Positions 40,576-48,849 of a stretch of DNA of 64,000 bases are shown piece by piece. Within the stretch, counting starts at the first letter, position 1, and each line of letters begins with the position of its first letter. The notes below the pieces were generated by a model. That model was not told where the DNA came from. It worked only from the letters and a program-made list of their open reading frames with translations, and did no database searches. Position numbers and translations under genes: made by a program. This DNA is from Candidatus Levybacteria bacterium RIFCSPHIGHO2_01_FULL_38_26 (lineage in GTDB: Bacteria > Patescibacteriota > Microgenomatia > Levybacterales > UBA12049): the NCBI GenBank assembly GCA_001782075.1, contig MFNO01000016.1, positions 5,600-69,599 of the forward strand, in the 5' to 3' direction.

Positions 40576-41352
40576 ATGAGTACTGATTCCGGAGTAATTG
40601 AACTGACTCCTCCAGCGGCACCGGTTGAACATCGTCCTGGTCGTCCAGATTGGAGCTACTCAAAAAATTTTGAACAAAGCCATAGAAATAATCCGCTTTA
40701 TGAAGAAAGATACGATCCTGAAATAGGCAAAGAAATATTTTTTGCAGGAAGACGAATAATCCGACGCGATAACCCTATAAACGGAGGCGTTTACTTAGTT
40801 GGTGGAGCAGGAGAGGCTGCGGTTGTTGATGATGTAAAAGATCCAGCTTTAAATAACGTTTATAATAACTTTAGAGCACTTCTCCCAAAAGATTCAGAAG
40901 GAACTAGAAGAAATGCTTTGAATGTCGCCTGGGATTTAGCACAAAAACAAATCCCATATAGCCAAGAAAAGGTCGATATTATTCATAATGAAAATGACAT
41001 CAAAACAGACAGAAAAATCCTTCTTGGAGCATATATAGGAAAAGGGGGTGTATGCAGACATCAGGCCTTACTGGCCGGGTATCTACTCGAAAAACTGACC
41101 CAAGAAGGCATACTTGGCGGAAAAGTCTCTGTAGATAGAAACTTTATCGAAGGTCGAGGCGGTCATGCCTGGGTAAGATATACCAACAGCCGAGAAGAGG
41201 TGTTTATATTGGATCCCGCGCAAGACTATAAAGGTACGCTCAAAGACGCCCCAAAAAATGGATGGGACTACAGAAGACCCGAAGACTCGGCAGGTCCTGT
41301 TGTCAATAAACTAAATCAAATCCGCTCGCAACTAAAAAAATTTACTAAATAA
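40576..41352 (+). CDS. Transglutaminase/papain-like Cys-His-Asp protein
   Basis: GVCRHQALL, GHAWV, ILDPAQ; promoter TTGACT-17-TATAGT. Confidence 0.75.
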   Translation: MSTDSGVIELTPPAAPVEHRPGRPDWSYSKNFEQSHRNNPLYEERYDPEIGKEIFFAGRRIIRRDNPINGGVYLVGGAGEAAVVDDVKDPALNNVYNNFRALLPKDSEGTRRNALNVAWDLAQKQIPYSQEKVDIIHNENDIKTDRKILLGAYIGKGGVCRHQALLAGYLLEKLTQEGILGGKVSVDRNFIEGRGGHAWVRYTNSREEVFILDPAQDYKGTLKDAPKNGWDYRRPEDSAGPVVNKLNQIRSQLKKFTK

Positions 41353-41356
41353 AACT

Positions 41357-41863
41357 TTAACCTTCAAGCTGCTGTGGTCTTGCAAAAGCATTTCTTGCAA
41401 AATTCAAAAAAATTGGCCCCATGCGACCACGTGGGTGTTTATTGTTAGATACCGCCTGCCTAATTTGCCCTAAAGTTCTATATTCTTTCCTTTTGAACGT
41501 GTTCAGAAATCCAGAATAGGCAGCCTTTACTCTTTTATCTATGGGTAAAAGATCTAATTCATTCAGTCTGCCCAGTTCAAGATCACTGATTCTCACTTCA
41601 TTTCCTAAATATTGACCGACATTTTCATTAATCTCTTTTGCCACACTAACGCTCAACAATGGCTTACCGGCGGCAATGTCTATTTTTGAAAGAATATCGG
41701 CTATTTTTAATCTAGCTTCTTCCATTTTGCCAAATTTTATAGGGAATTGGTCTGGAACGCCTGCTATTCTGAAGTTCACTGCATCAGCTTCTAACATAGC
41801 TGCCTCAGCCAAAAAACCATTCTGCCTATATTCTCTGGCTAAGTTTTCTAATTTTGATACCAT
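41357..41863 (-). CDS. Orphan with RNAP alpha-CTD-like C-terminus
   Basis: LNELDL...FLNTFKRKEYRTLGQIRQ...GRMGPIFLNFARNAF resembles the alpha-CTD HhH pattern; start moved to MVSKLE after TATAAT. Confidence 0.6.
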   Translation of the reverse strand: MVSKLENLAREYRQNGFLAEAAMLEADAVNFRIAGVPDQFPIKFGKMEEARLKIADILSKIDIAAGKPLLSVSVAKEINENVGQYLGNEVRISDLELGRLNELDLLPIDKRVKAAYSGFLNTFKRKEYRTLGQIRQAVSNNKHPRGRMGPIFLNFARNAFARPQQLEG

Positions 41864-41888
41864 AGTTCGCGCATTATAACACCAGGCT

Positions 41889-42824
41889 TCACTTATTTCC
41901 ACTGTGGAAGGCTTCGTGCACCTCCCTTAGCTGTTTATTTGTGATGTGTGTATAAATCTGGGTGGTTGAGATATTTTTGTGGCCCAACATTTCCTGGACA
42001 CTCCTGAGGTCGGCGCCGTTTGAAAGCAAATCTGTTGCAAAACTATGCCTTAGTGTATGCACTGTAGCGTCCACGGGCAACCGAGCCAAGCGAACGTATT
42101 TTTTGACAATCCTTTCAACGCTTCTGGCTGTTAGCCTCATTTTTTCACCATTGTTGTCCTCAATAATTTTTCCCGAATAGCGGATAAATAGGGGAGAGAA
42201 GCGGTCTTTTCGCGCCTCTTGGTATCGCTTTATCCAATCAGAAGCTCTGTCTGAGATAAAAACCAAACGCGCACGCCCTCCTTTGCCAATAACTCCAAAT
42301 TCTTTTCTCTCCAAATTTACCTGACTGTGATTCAACCGCACCAGTTCTGAAACACGAAGTCCGGTTGAAAACAAAAGCTCTACGATAGTCCGATCCCGCA
42401 TCCCTTCTTCCTTTGAAGTATCAACCGACGTGACCAGACGATCCACCTGATCTCTATCCAAAAACTTCAAGCTTCTGCTTTCTGCTTTTGGCAAATCAAT
42501 CTTTGACGGTTCAAGCACTTTATGATCATTTTTTATCAAGAAACGCAAAAAAGACCGTAGAGCTATAACGTAATAATTCTGGGTAATTCGCTTCAGAGTC
42601 AAACCCTTTTCATCCGCCCTGTTTGCCAAAAAAACTCTGTATTTTCTAACTGTTGCAATATCTAGACTCTCGATAGATTTATTAGGCAGGGTGGAGGAAA
42701 GCCAATTGGAAAAAACCTCAAGATAATGCCTATAGTCCCGAATAGTGAGCTTGGAGCAATTCTTCTCAATTTCCAAGTATTCAAGGAACTGATCAATTAG
42801 CTCGTTTAAGTTAGAGGAGATCAT
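41889..42824 (-). CDS. xerC: Xer-family tyrosine recombinase
   Basis: SAM-like N-terminus; TGLRVSEL, GKGGRAR, HTLRHSFAT, MLGH, TTQIYTH; XerC versus XerD not resolvable by eye. Confidence 0.9.
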   Translation of the reverse strand: MISSNLNELIDQFLEYLEIEKNCSKLTIRDYRHYLEVFSNWLSSTLPNKSIESLDIATVRKYRVFLANRADEKGLTLKRITQNYYVIALRSFLRFLIKNDHKVLEPSKIDLPKAESRSLKFLDRDQVDRLVTSVDTSKEEGMRDRTIVELLFSTGLRVSELVRLNHSQVNLERKEFGVIGKGGRARLVFISDRASDWIKRYQEARKDRFSPLFIRYSGKIIEDNNGEKMRLTARSVERIVKKYVRLARLPVDATVHTLRHSFATDLLSNGADLRSVQEMLGHKNISTTQIYTHITNKQLREVHEAFHSGNK

Positions 42825-42845
42825 TATTTTCAGTATACCAAAATC

Positions 42846-42873
42846 ATTTTGCGACATGCAAATGTCGTAAAAT
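42846..42873. promoter_or_regulatory. 28-bp 11-6-11 palindrome, candidate dif site or Xer operator
   Basis: ATTTTGCGACA-TGCAAA-TGTCGTAAAAT, 10/11 inverted match, about 21 bp upstream of the xer ATG. Confidence 0.6.
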
Positions 42874-42934
42874 ATGCTTGTGCGACGCGATTGCGCCTTG
42901 ACAATACCACATTAAAAACCATACTATAATACTT

Positions 42935-44383
42935 ATGCGGGGACCTTACGTAAGATTCATTAAAAAATATATTGAGCTAAACCGCAAAGATCACAGCGTA
43001 CACGAAATAAGAATAAATCTTTTAAAATTTGGGGCCACTCCTGAAGAATTTGATGAGGCCATGAAACAATCCAACGAAACTCCACCGGTCTCAAAAATCC
43101 CAAGACCATCTCCAAGTCTTATTAAAAAAACCGCAATCGCAGGTGTAACTTTTGTAGCTTTGATTTTATTCATCTATACAACCTTCATCTACCAAAAATC
43201 CTCAACCGGACAGAATGTTGTAAGCCCGGCGTCTGACAAAACCCTAAATGACATAGCAAAAAATAGTCAAAATGCCTCAGGCGTGCCCATATCTCAGGTC
43301 TACGCAAATGTGCACCAGATTGATGCCTCCAAAATATTCTCGATACCGCCGTCCAATACGCCACTCGCTGTTACCGGGAAGCCCAAAAAAGAAGTCTTGG
43401 GATTTTTACCTTATTGGATGCTTGATGCAACCGATGAAATTCAAATAAGCCATCTTACATCTGTCAGTCTTTTTGGCTTGGAAGTAAATGGAAAAGGAGA
43501 AATAATCACGGCAGGCAGCGACAAAGCCGACGGAGGTTGGGACATGTGGAAAGACCCAAAGCTTGATAGTTTTATAAAAAAAGCAAAAAACGAAGATGTA
43601 AAAGTCTTTGTCACATTCAAATCCTTCAAAAACGCCAATATCGAGAACCTAGTGGCTTCTGATGAGGCGCAAAAGACTTTTATTACAAATGCAATATACC
43701 TTGTAGACTCAAAAAATCTAGACGGAATCAATCTTGATTTTGAATATATTGGCAAGCCAACTGAAGAATCCAGAAATCACTTTACTCGCTTTGTAACCAA
43801 TCTTAATGTCGAACTCAAGCGTCAAATCCCCAACGCAATTCTTACTATCGATACATACATACTCTCAGGTTCCGTGCGTGATCTTTTTGATATAGCTCTT
43901 CTTTCAGAACACGTGGACGCATTTGTGATTATGGGATACGACATGCATTATGCCCTGGGAAATCCTGGACCTCTTTCTCCAATGGGAGGAGCTGTAAATA
44001 TAATCGGACTTGTACAGGGTTATCTTGAAAAAGTCGCTCCCGAAAAGCTGATTTTGGCAGTGCCGTATTATGGCTACGATTGGCCGCTAAATCAAGATTC
44101 ATCAGCTGCGTCCCCAAGCGCAACAATCCTATCCTATGCTGAGCTTGCGGTTTCATCTCGCAATCACAATATGATATGGGACGAGACATCCCAAACCCCG
44201 TCTTACAAGTATACGGAAAATGGTATAGATCGAGAAGTTCATTTTGAAAACGTCCGTTCTTTGGGGGTAAAATACGATTACGTGATCTCAAAGAATCTGC
44301 GAGGAATCGGTATTTGGGCTTTAGGCTATGACGGTCTAAATTCAGATCTCCAAAGGCTTATTGTAGATAAATTCGCCAACTGA
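42935..44383 (+). CDS. Membrane-anchored GH18 glycoside hydrolase
   Basis: DGINLDFE catalytic motif, MGYD, PYYGYDW, GIGIWALG; single N-terminal TM. Confidence 0.9.
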   Translation: MRGPYVRFIKKYIELNRKDHSVHEIRINLLKFGATPEEFDEAMKQSNETPPVSKIPRPSPSLIKKTAIAGVTFVALILFIYTTFIYQKSSTGQNVVSPASDKTLNDIAKNSQNASGVPISQVYANVHQIDASKIFSIPPSNTPLAVTGKPKKEVLGFLPYWMLDATDEIQISHLTSVSLFGLEVNGKGEIITAGSDKADGGWDMWKDPKLDSFIKKAKNEDVKVFVTFKSFKNANIENLVASDEAQKTFITNAIYLVDSKNLDGINLDFEYIGKPTEESRNHFTRFVTNLNVELKRQIPNAILTIDTYILSGSVRDLFDIALLSEHVDAFVIMGYDMHYALGNPGPLSPMGGAVNIIGLVQGYLEKVAPEKLILAVPYYGYDWPLNQDSSAASPSATILSYAELAVSSRNHNMIWDETSQTPSYKYTENGIDREVHFENVRSLGVKYDYVISKNLRGIGIWALGYDGLNSDLQRLIVDKFAN

Positions 44384-44390
44384 TAGCTCA

Positions 44391-44894
44391 TTAAGCGCTT
44401 GAATTGCCTTCAGTATCGATATCTTTTAAGATATATCCTTTATTAGATATATTAACTAGATATTTACACTCCTTGGCGCTTTTCCCTGGTTCCAAAACCA
44501 TCCTTATTTTAAATATAATGTTAGTCAATGCATTTCTAAAATCAATATCAATATTTGAGTTGTATAATAATTGATCAAACATGGGATATGTTACAGGAGC
44601 ACCCTTATTTACCAACAACAGCTCCAGACATTTGCTCTCTTTGGGATACAGTTTATTAGATATTCCATTTCTCACTACAACCCTTGTCCCGGAGTGAAAA
44701 TTAAGCTTCAATCCATGATGCTCATAAATACGCCCCTCATCAATTGCAAGCTCAAGGCTTTTATCATATACTGTAACACCTTCTAACACATCATAATCTT
44801 TAGCTTTCTGTCTCTTGGACATATCCCTAAATTCAAAAGCCAAATCCGGGTCGCCCCCCATTTCTGCTATTTCTGCAAGTCTTTCTAAAGCCAT
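44391..44894 (-). CDS. OmpR/PhoB-type winged-helix protein without receiver domain
   Basis: LYPKESKCLELLL...LTNIIFKIRMVLEP...YLVNISNKGY. Confidence 0.7.
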   Translation of the reverse strand: MALERLAEIAEMGGDPDLAFEFRDMSKRQKAKDYDVLEGVTVYDKSLELAIDEGRIYEHHGLKLNFHSGTRVVVRNGISNKLYPKESKCLELLLVNKGAPVTYPMFDQLLYNSNIDIDFRNALTNIIFKIRMVLEPGKSAKECKYLVNISNKGYILKDIDTEGNSSA

Positions 44895-44900
44895 AAAATT

Positions 44901-45728
44901 TTAAACAGGTCTTTCGCTTTTGCCTGGATCATGAAGTCTATATCCGATACCATCAATATATTTTATATATATAAAGCCGTTTCCATTTTTATCTGGTTCT
45001 ACTTTTCGCCTGACTCTCATCATGGTATTCCTAACTACAGAAGATAAATTTTCACGGCTACCCACATAATCAGGCTCAAGCAATTCAAATGTAGCAATAT
45101 CATTCAAACACAAAGTATTTAAATACTTGCTTTGTTTAATTGGCAGCGCAATAAACTCTCCCTTATCATTTACTAACCAATTTCTATCAGGGTAAAAAGT
45201 AAATCCAGAATGTGCAAGAACTATTTCAGATGAACCATCTTTTCCCTTTACAAGTTTTATTTCTTTACCAAGGTCTTTCAATATATATCCATGTTCTTTT
45301 GAGAATAAAATCAGATCCGGCATTTTTGGATCCGATTCAATTTTCATTCTAGACCTATAAACTGTCTGCTTCAGACTATAGCTTGAAGATCCTTCTCCCT
45401 GGACTCTCTCCTGCAGTTCTCTTACAGATACAAACTTATTTTCATTGTCTTCTAGTTCGGTTAAAAATGAATTTTCAGTTGGCCCAATATGTATCTCCAC
45501 ACCTCTTACAAAAGCCACGCTTGCGCCACGATCATGAACAAATCCATTTGTATGAGCGTATATCATGTTTTCTCTTTCGCTCCTATCATAAATGACAACG
45601 TTCTTCAAAATCTCCGGTGTGTTGCCTTTGCTGCGAAGATCTTGAGCTAAATCTCTTAAGGACACCGCCTGATCGATCATGCCATGTCTCTCATATACAC
45701 CTACAATTGATTCTAAAAGCTGAACCAT
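44901..45728 (-). CDS. Protein with two tandem OmpR-type winged-helix domains, no receiver
   Basis: IGPTENSFL...LKQTVYRSRMKIESDP...HGY and LPIKQSKYL...VRNTMMRVRRKVEPD...GIGY. Confidence 0.7.
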   Translation of the reverse strand: MVQLLESIVGVYERHGMIDQAVSLRDLAQDLRSKGNTPEILKNVVIYDRSERENMIYAHTNGFVHDRGASVAFVRGVEIHIGPTENSFLTELEDNENKFVSVRELQERVQGEGSSSYSLKQTVYRSRMKIESDPKMPDLILFSKEHGYILKDLGKEIKLVKGKDGSSEIVLAHSGFTFYPDRNWLVNDKGEFIALPIKQSKYLNTLCLNDIATFELLEPDYVGSRENLSSVVRNTMMRVRRKVEPDKNGNGFIYIKYIDGIGYRLHDPGKSERPV

Positions 45729-45889
45729 ATTGTAAAAGATTATACCAGAATATATTTCAAATTAAAATAATTAACCTATAGTAGGGGATAGGAGAAAAAT
45801 TTTTTACCCCTAAAGAAATGGGAAATCAGAGGTATGCAAATATTTAGACAAACAAAAATCAAAATAAAAAACAACAAAAATCCGGCATT

Positions 45890-46430
45890 TGTAGACCACT
45901 TCTCCGGACACGAGAGCCTGAGACACGTCGTAAAAGTATTATTGTACGACATAATCACTTTCTGCTCTTCCTGACCTTATTACCTATTTTCTTACAGCTT
46001 TAAGAGGACTTGCTGGTTTACAGCAGCATATATATACCATAGAGAGTGTAGTAACCATAGCGTCTCTTCTATTAATATAGAGAAGACGAAAAACATGCAA
46101 TGAATTAACCATCTTTTTTATTTACACTTCGTTTCAATCGAGTAACGACTCCCTCCCGAAAGCTTGAGTTGATATGAATTTAGATTGATAAAGTAATCCA
46201 AACATCTAATTTTAGCCTCAGAAAATGTAAGAAAGGCATTGCCCCCGTGTCAAAACACGGCATTCGTATTTTTTTCTTTAGAATCCGTTTACGATTCCGC
46301 ATAAAGGCGGAGAACAATTACGGATTCTTAAGTCCGCCGATTATTCACGCTTTGAGCCGGATTCGAATAGAATTGCAAAGGCGAAAAACAAGAATAAGGC
46401 GGACAGTCTCCTATAGGTAAAAGAGGGCTA
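45890..46430 (+). ncRNA. Candidate large structured RNA (unclassified)
   Basis: ORF-free region with about ten nested helices and long-range pairings; G-U pairs favour the plus strand; boundaries approximate. Confidence 0.45.
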
Positions 46431-46431
46431 T

Positions 46432-46485
46432 TGTGAATCTGTGAAAACTAACACAAAAATCTGTGAAAACTATAAGTTATCCACA
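46432..46485. promoter_or_regulatory. DnaA-box cluster
   Basis: Perfect TTATCCACA at 46477-46485; TGTGAAAAC at 46440 and 46462 inside a 15-bp direct repeat; TGTGAATCT at 46432. Confidence 0.55.
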
Positions 46486-46592
46486 TTTTATATCCTATAA
46501 TAATTTTATCTAACTATATCAAACAGTATCACGGAGTGCTAAGCAAAAATGTGTCCTCCCCTGTCCCCTTTCATTACGCGTCTAAAATTTCC

Positions 46593-47408
46593 TCACCCCT
46601 TAATCGTGAATACAACAAAAATTAAAAATACAATTACTGCGACCCATACATATTCCCACATTATATTTTTAAAAAGTCTTCTCTCAAGCCAAATCTGTGA
46701 TATTCCAACTATAATATAAAAAAATCCAGTTAGAAAAAGCGCGATTATAGTCGGAGCAGTTGGGAAAAACCACAAAATCAGAGAAGCTTCAACCAGGGTA
46801 ACAGAAAGTATCGCTGACCAAGTAATGCTAATTAAAAAGTTTTTTTCCATTGCATACGTCCAGATGCACTGTAAAACCAACGGAAAGGAAAAAGCAAATA
46901 CAAAAAACAAAGTTACAAAAACGTTTGTATGCAAAGAGAAGGTAACGTTTGATAGAAAAAAATATGACACTAGTGCGGCTATAAAAGATACAGTCCTAGC
47001 CGATGATAATAGAGCGATCGTCCTAATTGTGGAAACTGCGAAAATATTCTGGCTGAGAAAAAGTGAGTACAGCCCGAACGCATACAACGTAGTCATAACA
47101 ATCCTTGTTAGAAAACGTGCGGGCACCAGAAAGTAGAATAATCCAAAAGCCAATGAATAAAAAAATGGCAGGATGAAAATCTGCAAAGAATGTTTTTCTT
47201 TTAGATCGCTCCTTATTGCCCAAAATAAAAACAAGTCTGTTAGAACCGCGACTGTAACTATAATGTATATTCCCCATCTCCCAAACAAATTCTCTGATAG
47301 AAATAATAAAAGAGACAGAATGACAATAGATGTTACAAATTTCTGCCTTTTGCTTATTTTAATAAGAGGAATTCTTTTTGTCCAAATTCGAGTAAACTTT
47401 TTGTACAT
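46593..47408 (-). CDS. Polytopic membrane protein of unknown function
   Basis: About 8 TM segments, RTIALLSSARTV motif; start uncertain (overlaps yebC). Confidence 0.75.
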   Translation of the reverse strand: MYKKFTRIWTKRIPLIKISKRQKFVTSIVILSLLLFLSENLFGRWGIYIIVTVAVLTDLFLFWAIRSDLKEKHSLQIFILPFFYSLAFGLFYFLVPARFLTRIVMTTLYAFGLYSLFLSQNIFAVSTIRTIALLSSARTVSFIAALVSYFFLSNVTFSLHTNVFVTLFFVFAFSFPLVLQCIWTYAMEKNFLISITWSAILSVTLVEASLILWFFPTAPTIIALFLTGFFYIIVGISQIWLERRLFKNIMWEYVWVAVIVFLIFVVFTIKG

Positions 47409-48099
47409 CGTCTAGTTCTTCCAGCTTGTTCAGGAAATCCTCAGTTTTCAATCTAACCTCTTCAGTTTGAACAGCAACTGTTGAGATAGGTTTTCTAATT
47501 ACCTCTGTAGCTGCGATTTCAAACCCCATTTCTTTAAGTCTATCTCTTGTTTTTGAAAGCTGGGATAGTTCTGAATATATAAAAACATTTTCACCTGCTT
47601 CCTCTATGTCCTCTGCCCCGCTTCCTGCTGCTATATTAAATATTTCATCATATTTTTTTCCATTTTTCATTATAACAATTACGCCTTTTGTGACAAACTG
47701 ATAAGCAACGGCTCCTGGTTGTCCGAAACTAGCACCAAAGGTTTTAAAAATATTCTTAACTTCGCTAGTTGTCCTTTGAGCATTGTCTGTTGCGGCCTCA
47801 ACAATTACGCTCACTCCTCCCTTGGCAAAACCTTCATAAACAACCTCCTGGAGTCCTTTTGCGTCTTCCCCTTTTGCTTTACTAATAGCCCTTTCTATGT
47901 TTTCTTTGGGCATATTTGCATCTCGTGCTTTTTCAATGGCAAGCCGCAGCTTGAAGTTACTCTCCGGCTCCGAGACGCCTCCCCCCTGCCTAACGGCAAT
48001 TATTATCGCGTTGGCAAGTTTGGTAAAAACCTGTCCTCTTTTGATGTCTGCGGCGCCTTTTTGTCTTTTGATCGTCGCCCACTTAGAATGACCGCTCAT
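47359..48099 (-). CDS. yebC: YebC/PmpR family protein
   Basis: MSGHSKWATIKRQKG, NMPKENIERAI, YEG, DDVQKVYSN. Confidence 0.95.
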   Translation of the reverse strand: MSGHSKWATIKRQKGAADIKRGQVFTKLANAIIIAVRQGGGVSEPESNFKLRLAIEKARDANMPKENIERAISKAKGEDAKGLQEVVYEGFAKGGVSVIVEAATDNAQRTTSEVKNIFKTFGASFGQPGAVAYQFVTKGVIVIMKNGKKYDEIFNIAAGSGAEDIEEAGENVFIYSELSQLSKTRDRLKEMGFEIAATEVIRKPISTVAVQTEEVRLKTEDFLNKLEELDDVQKVYSNLDKKNSSY

Positions 48100-48124
48100 A
48101 TGGTAGTATTATACCTATTCCCCA

Positions 48125-48153
48125 TTGACTTTTGCAATCAACAATAGTACAAT
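48125..48153 (+). promoter_or_regulatory. sigma70 promoter
   Basis: TTGACT-17-TACAAT, 12 nt before ATG 48166. Confidence 0.7.
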
Positions 48154-48165
48154 AATACGCTATAA

Positions 48166-48849
48166 ATGTCATCAAAGAATCTAGCCATCCAGACTGCGCT
48201 ATCAGGAGATTGGCAAAGCGCAACCTCCATAAATCAGAATCTTCTCACCCAAAATCCCAATGATACAGAAGCCCTAAACCGACTGGCGTTTGCTTTTACA
48301 ATCCTTGGCAAAATCAAAGAAGCAAAGGCTACTTATAAAAGAGTCTTGGATATCGACCCTCTCAATCCAATAGCAGCAAGAAACCTAAAGAAATTAGCCG
48401 AAAACAAAGACAATCTAAAAATAAATTCCCACAGCGGCTTTTCCATGCATGTTCATAACACATTTCTTGAAGAAACTGGTAAGACAAAAATTGTTGAACT
48501 GATCAATATAGCTCAGCCACGGATTATCTCAAATCTTCGAATTGGGCAGCCCTTGAATATCTATATAAAAAGACTTAAGATCTTCGTTGAAAATTTAGAA
48601 AAACAGTACATTGGAGTATTGCCAGATGACATTGGCAACAGGTTAATAAGTCTTATCAAAGGAGGCAATCAGTATGAGGCTCTTATCAGATCAGCTGATA
48701 ACCATCATGTTATTGTATTTTTAAAGGAGATAAAAAGAGCGACGCGTTTTAGTAATCAGCCTTCTTTTTTACAAAACAGTGAAAAACCAACGATTTTTTA
48801 TAAAAAAGGGACAAATACAAAAAACGGTCAGTCGTCAAAATCAGAATAA
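48166..48849 (+). CDS. TPR protein with C-terminal HIRAN-like domain
   Basis: ALNRLAFAFTILG...YKRVLDIDPLNPIA (TPR); QYIGVLPDDIGNRL (HIRAN-like). Confidence 0.7.
   Translation: MSSKNLAIQTALSGDWQSATSINQNLLTQNPNDTEALNRLAFAFTILGKIKEAKATYKRVLDIDPLNPIAARNLKKLAENKDNLKINSHSGFSMHVHNTFLEETGKTKIVELINIAQPRIISNLRIGQPLNIYIKRLKIFVENLEKQYIGVLPDDIGNRLISLIKGGNQYEALIRSADNHHVIVFLKEIKRATRFSNQPSFLQNSEKPTIFYKKGTNTKNGQSSKSE

Noticed and set aside
41889-42824. Prophage or integron integrase
   Set aside because: Typical chromosomal Xer length and motifs; no integron insert, attC array or phage genes nearby
45776-45958. 60-aa ORF in the non-coding region
   Set aside because: Low-complexity product of an A/T tract, no translation signals
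45890-46430. RNase P RNA, tmRNA, SRP RNA or group I/II intron
   Set aside because: No GAGGAAAGUCC, no tRNA-like ends, no SRP loop and no recognisable intron core on either strand
44383-46600. Replication terminus or origin inferred from the change in gene orientation
   Set aside because: The plus strand looks A/C-rich on both sides by eye, so no skew inversion is evident; needs computation
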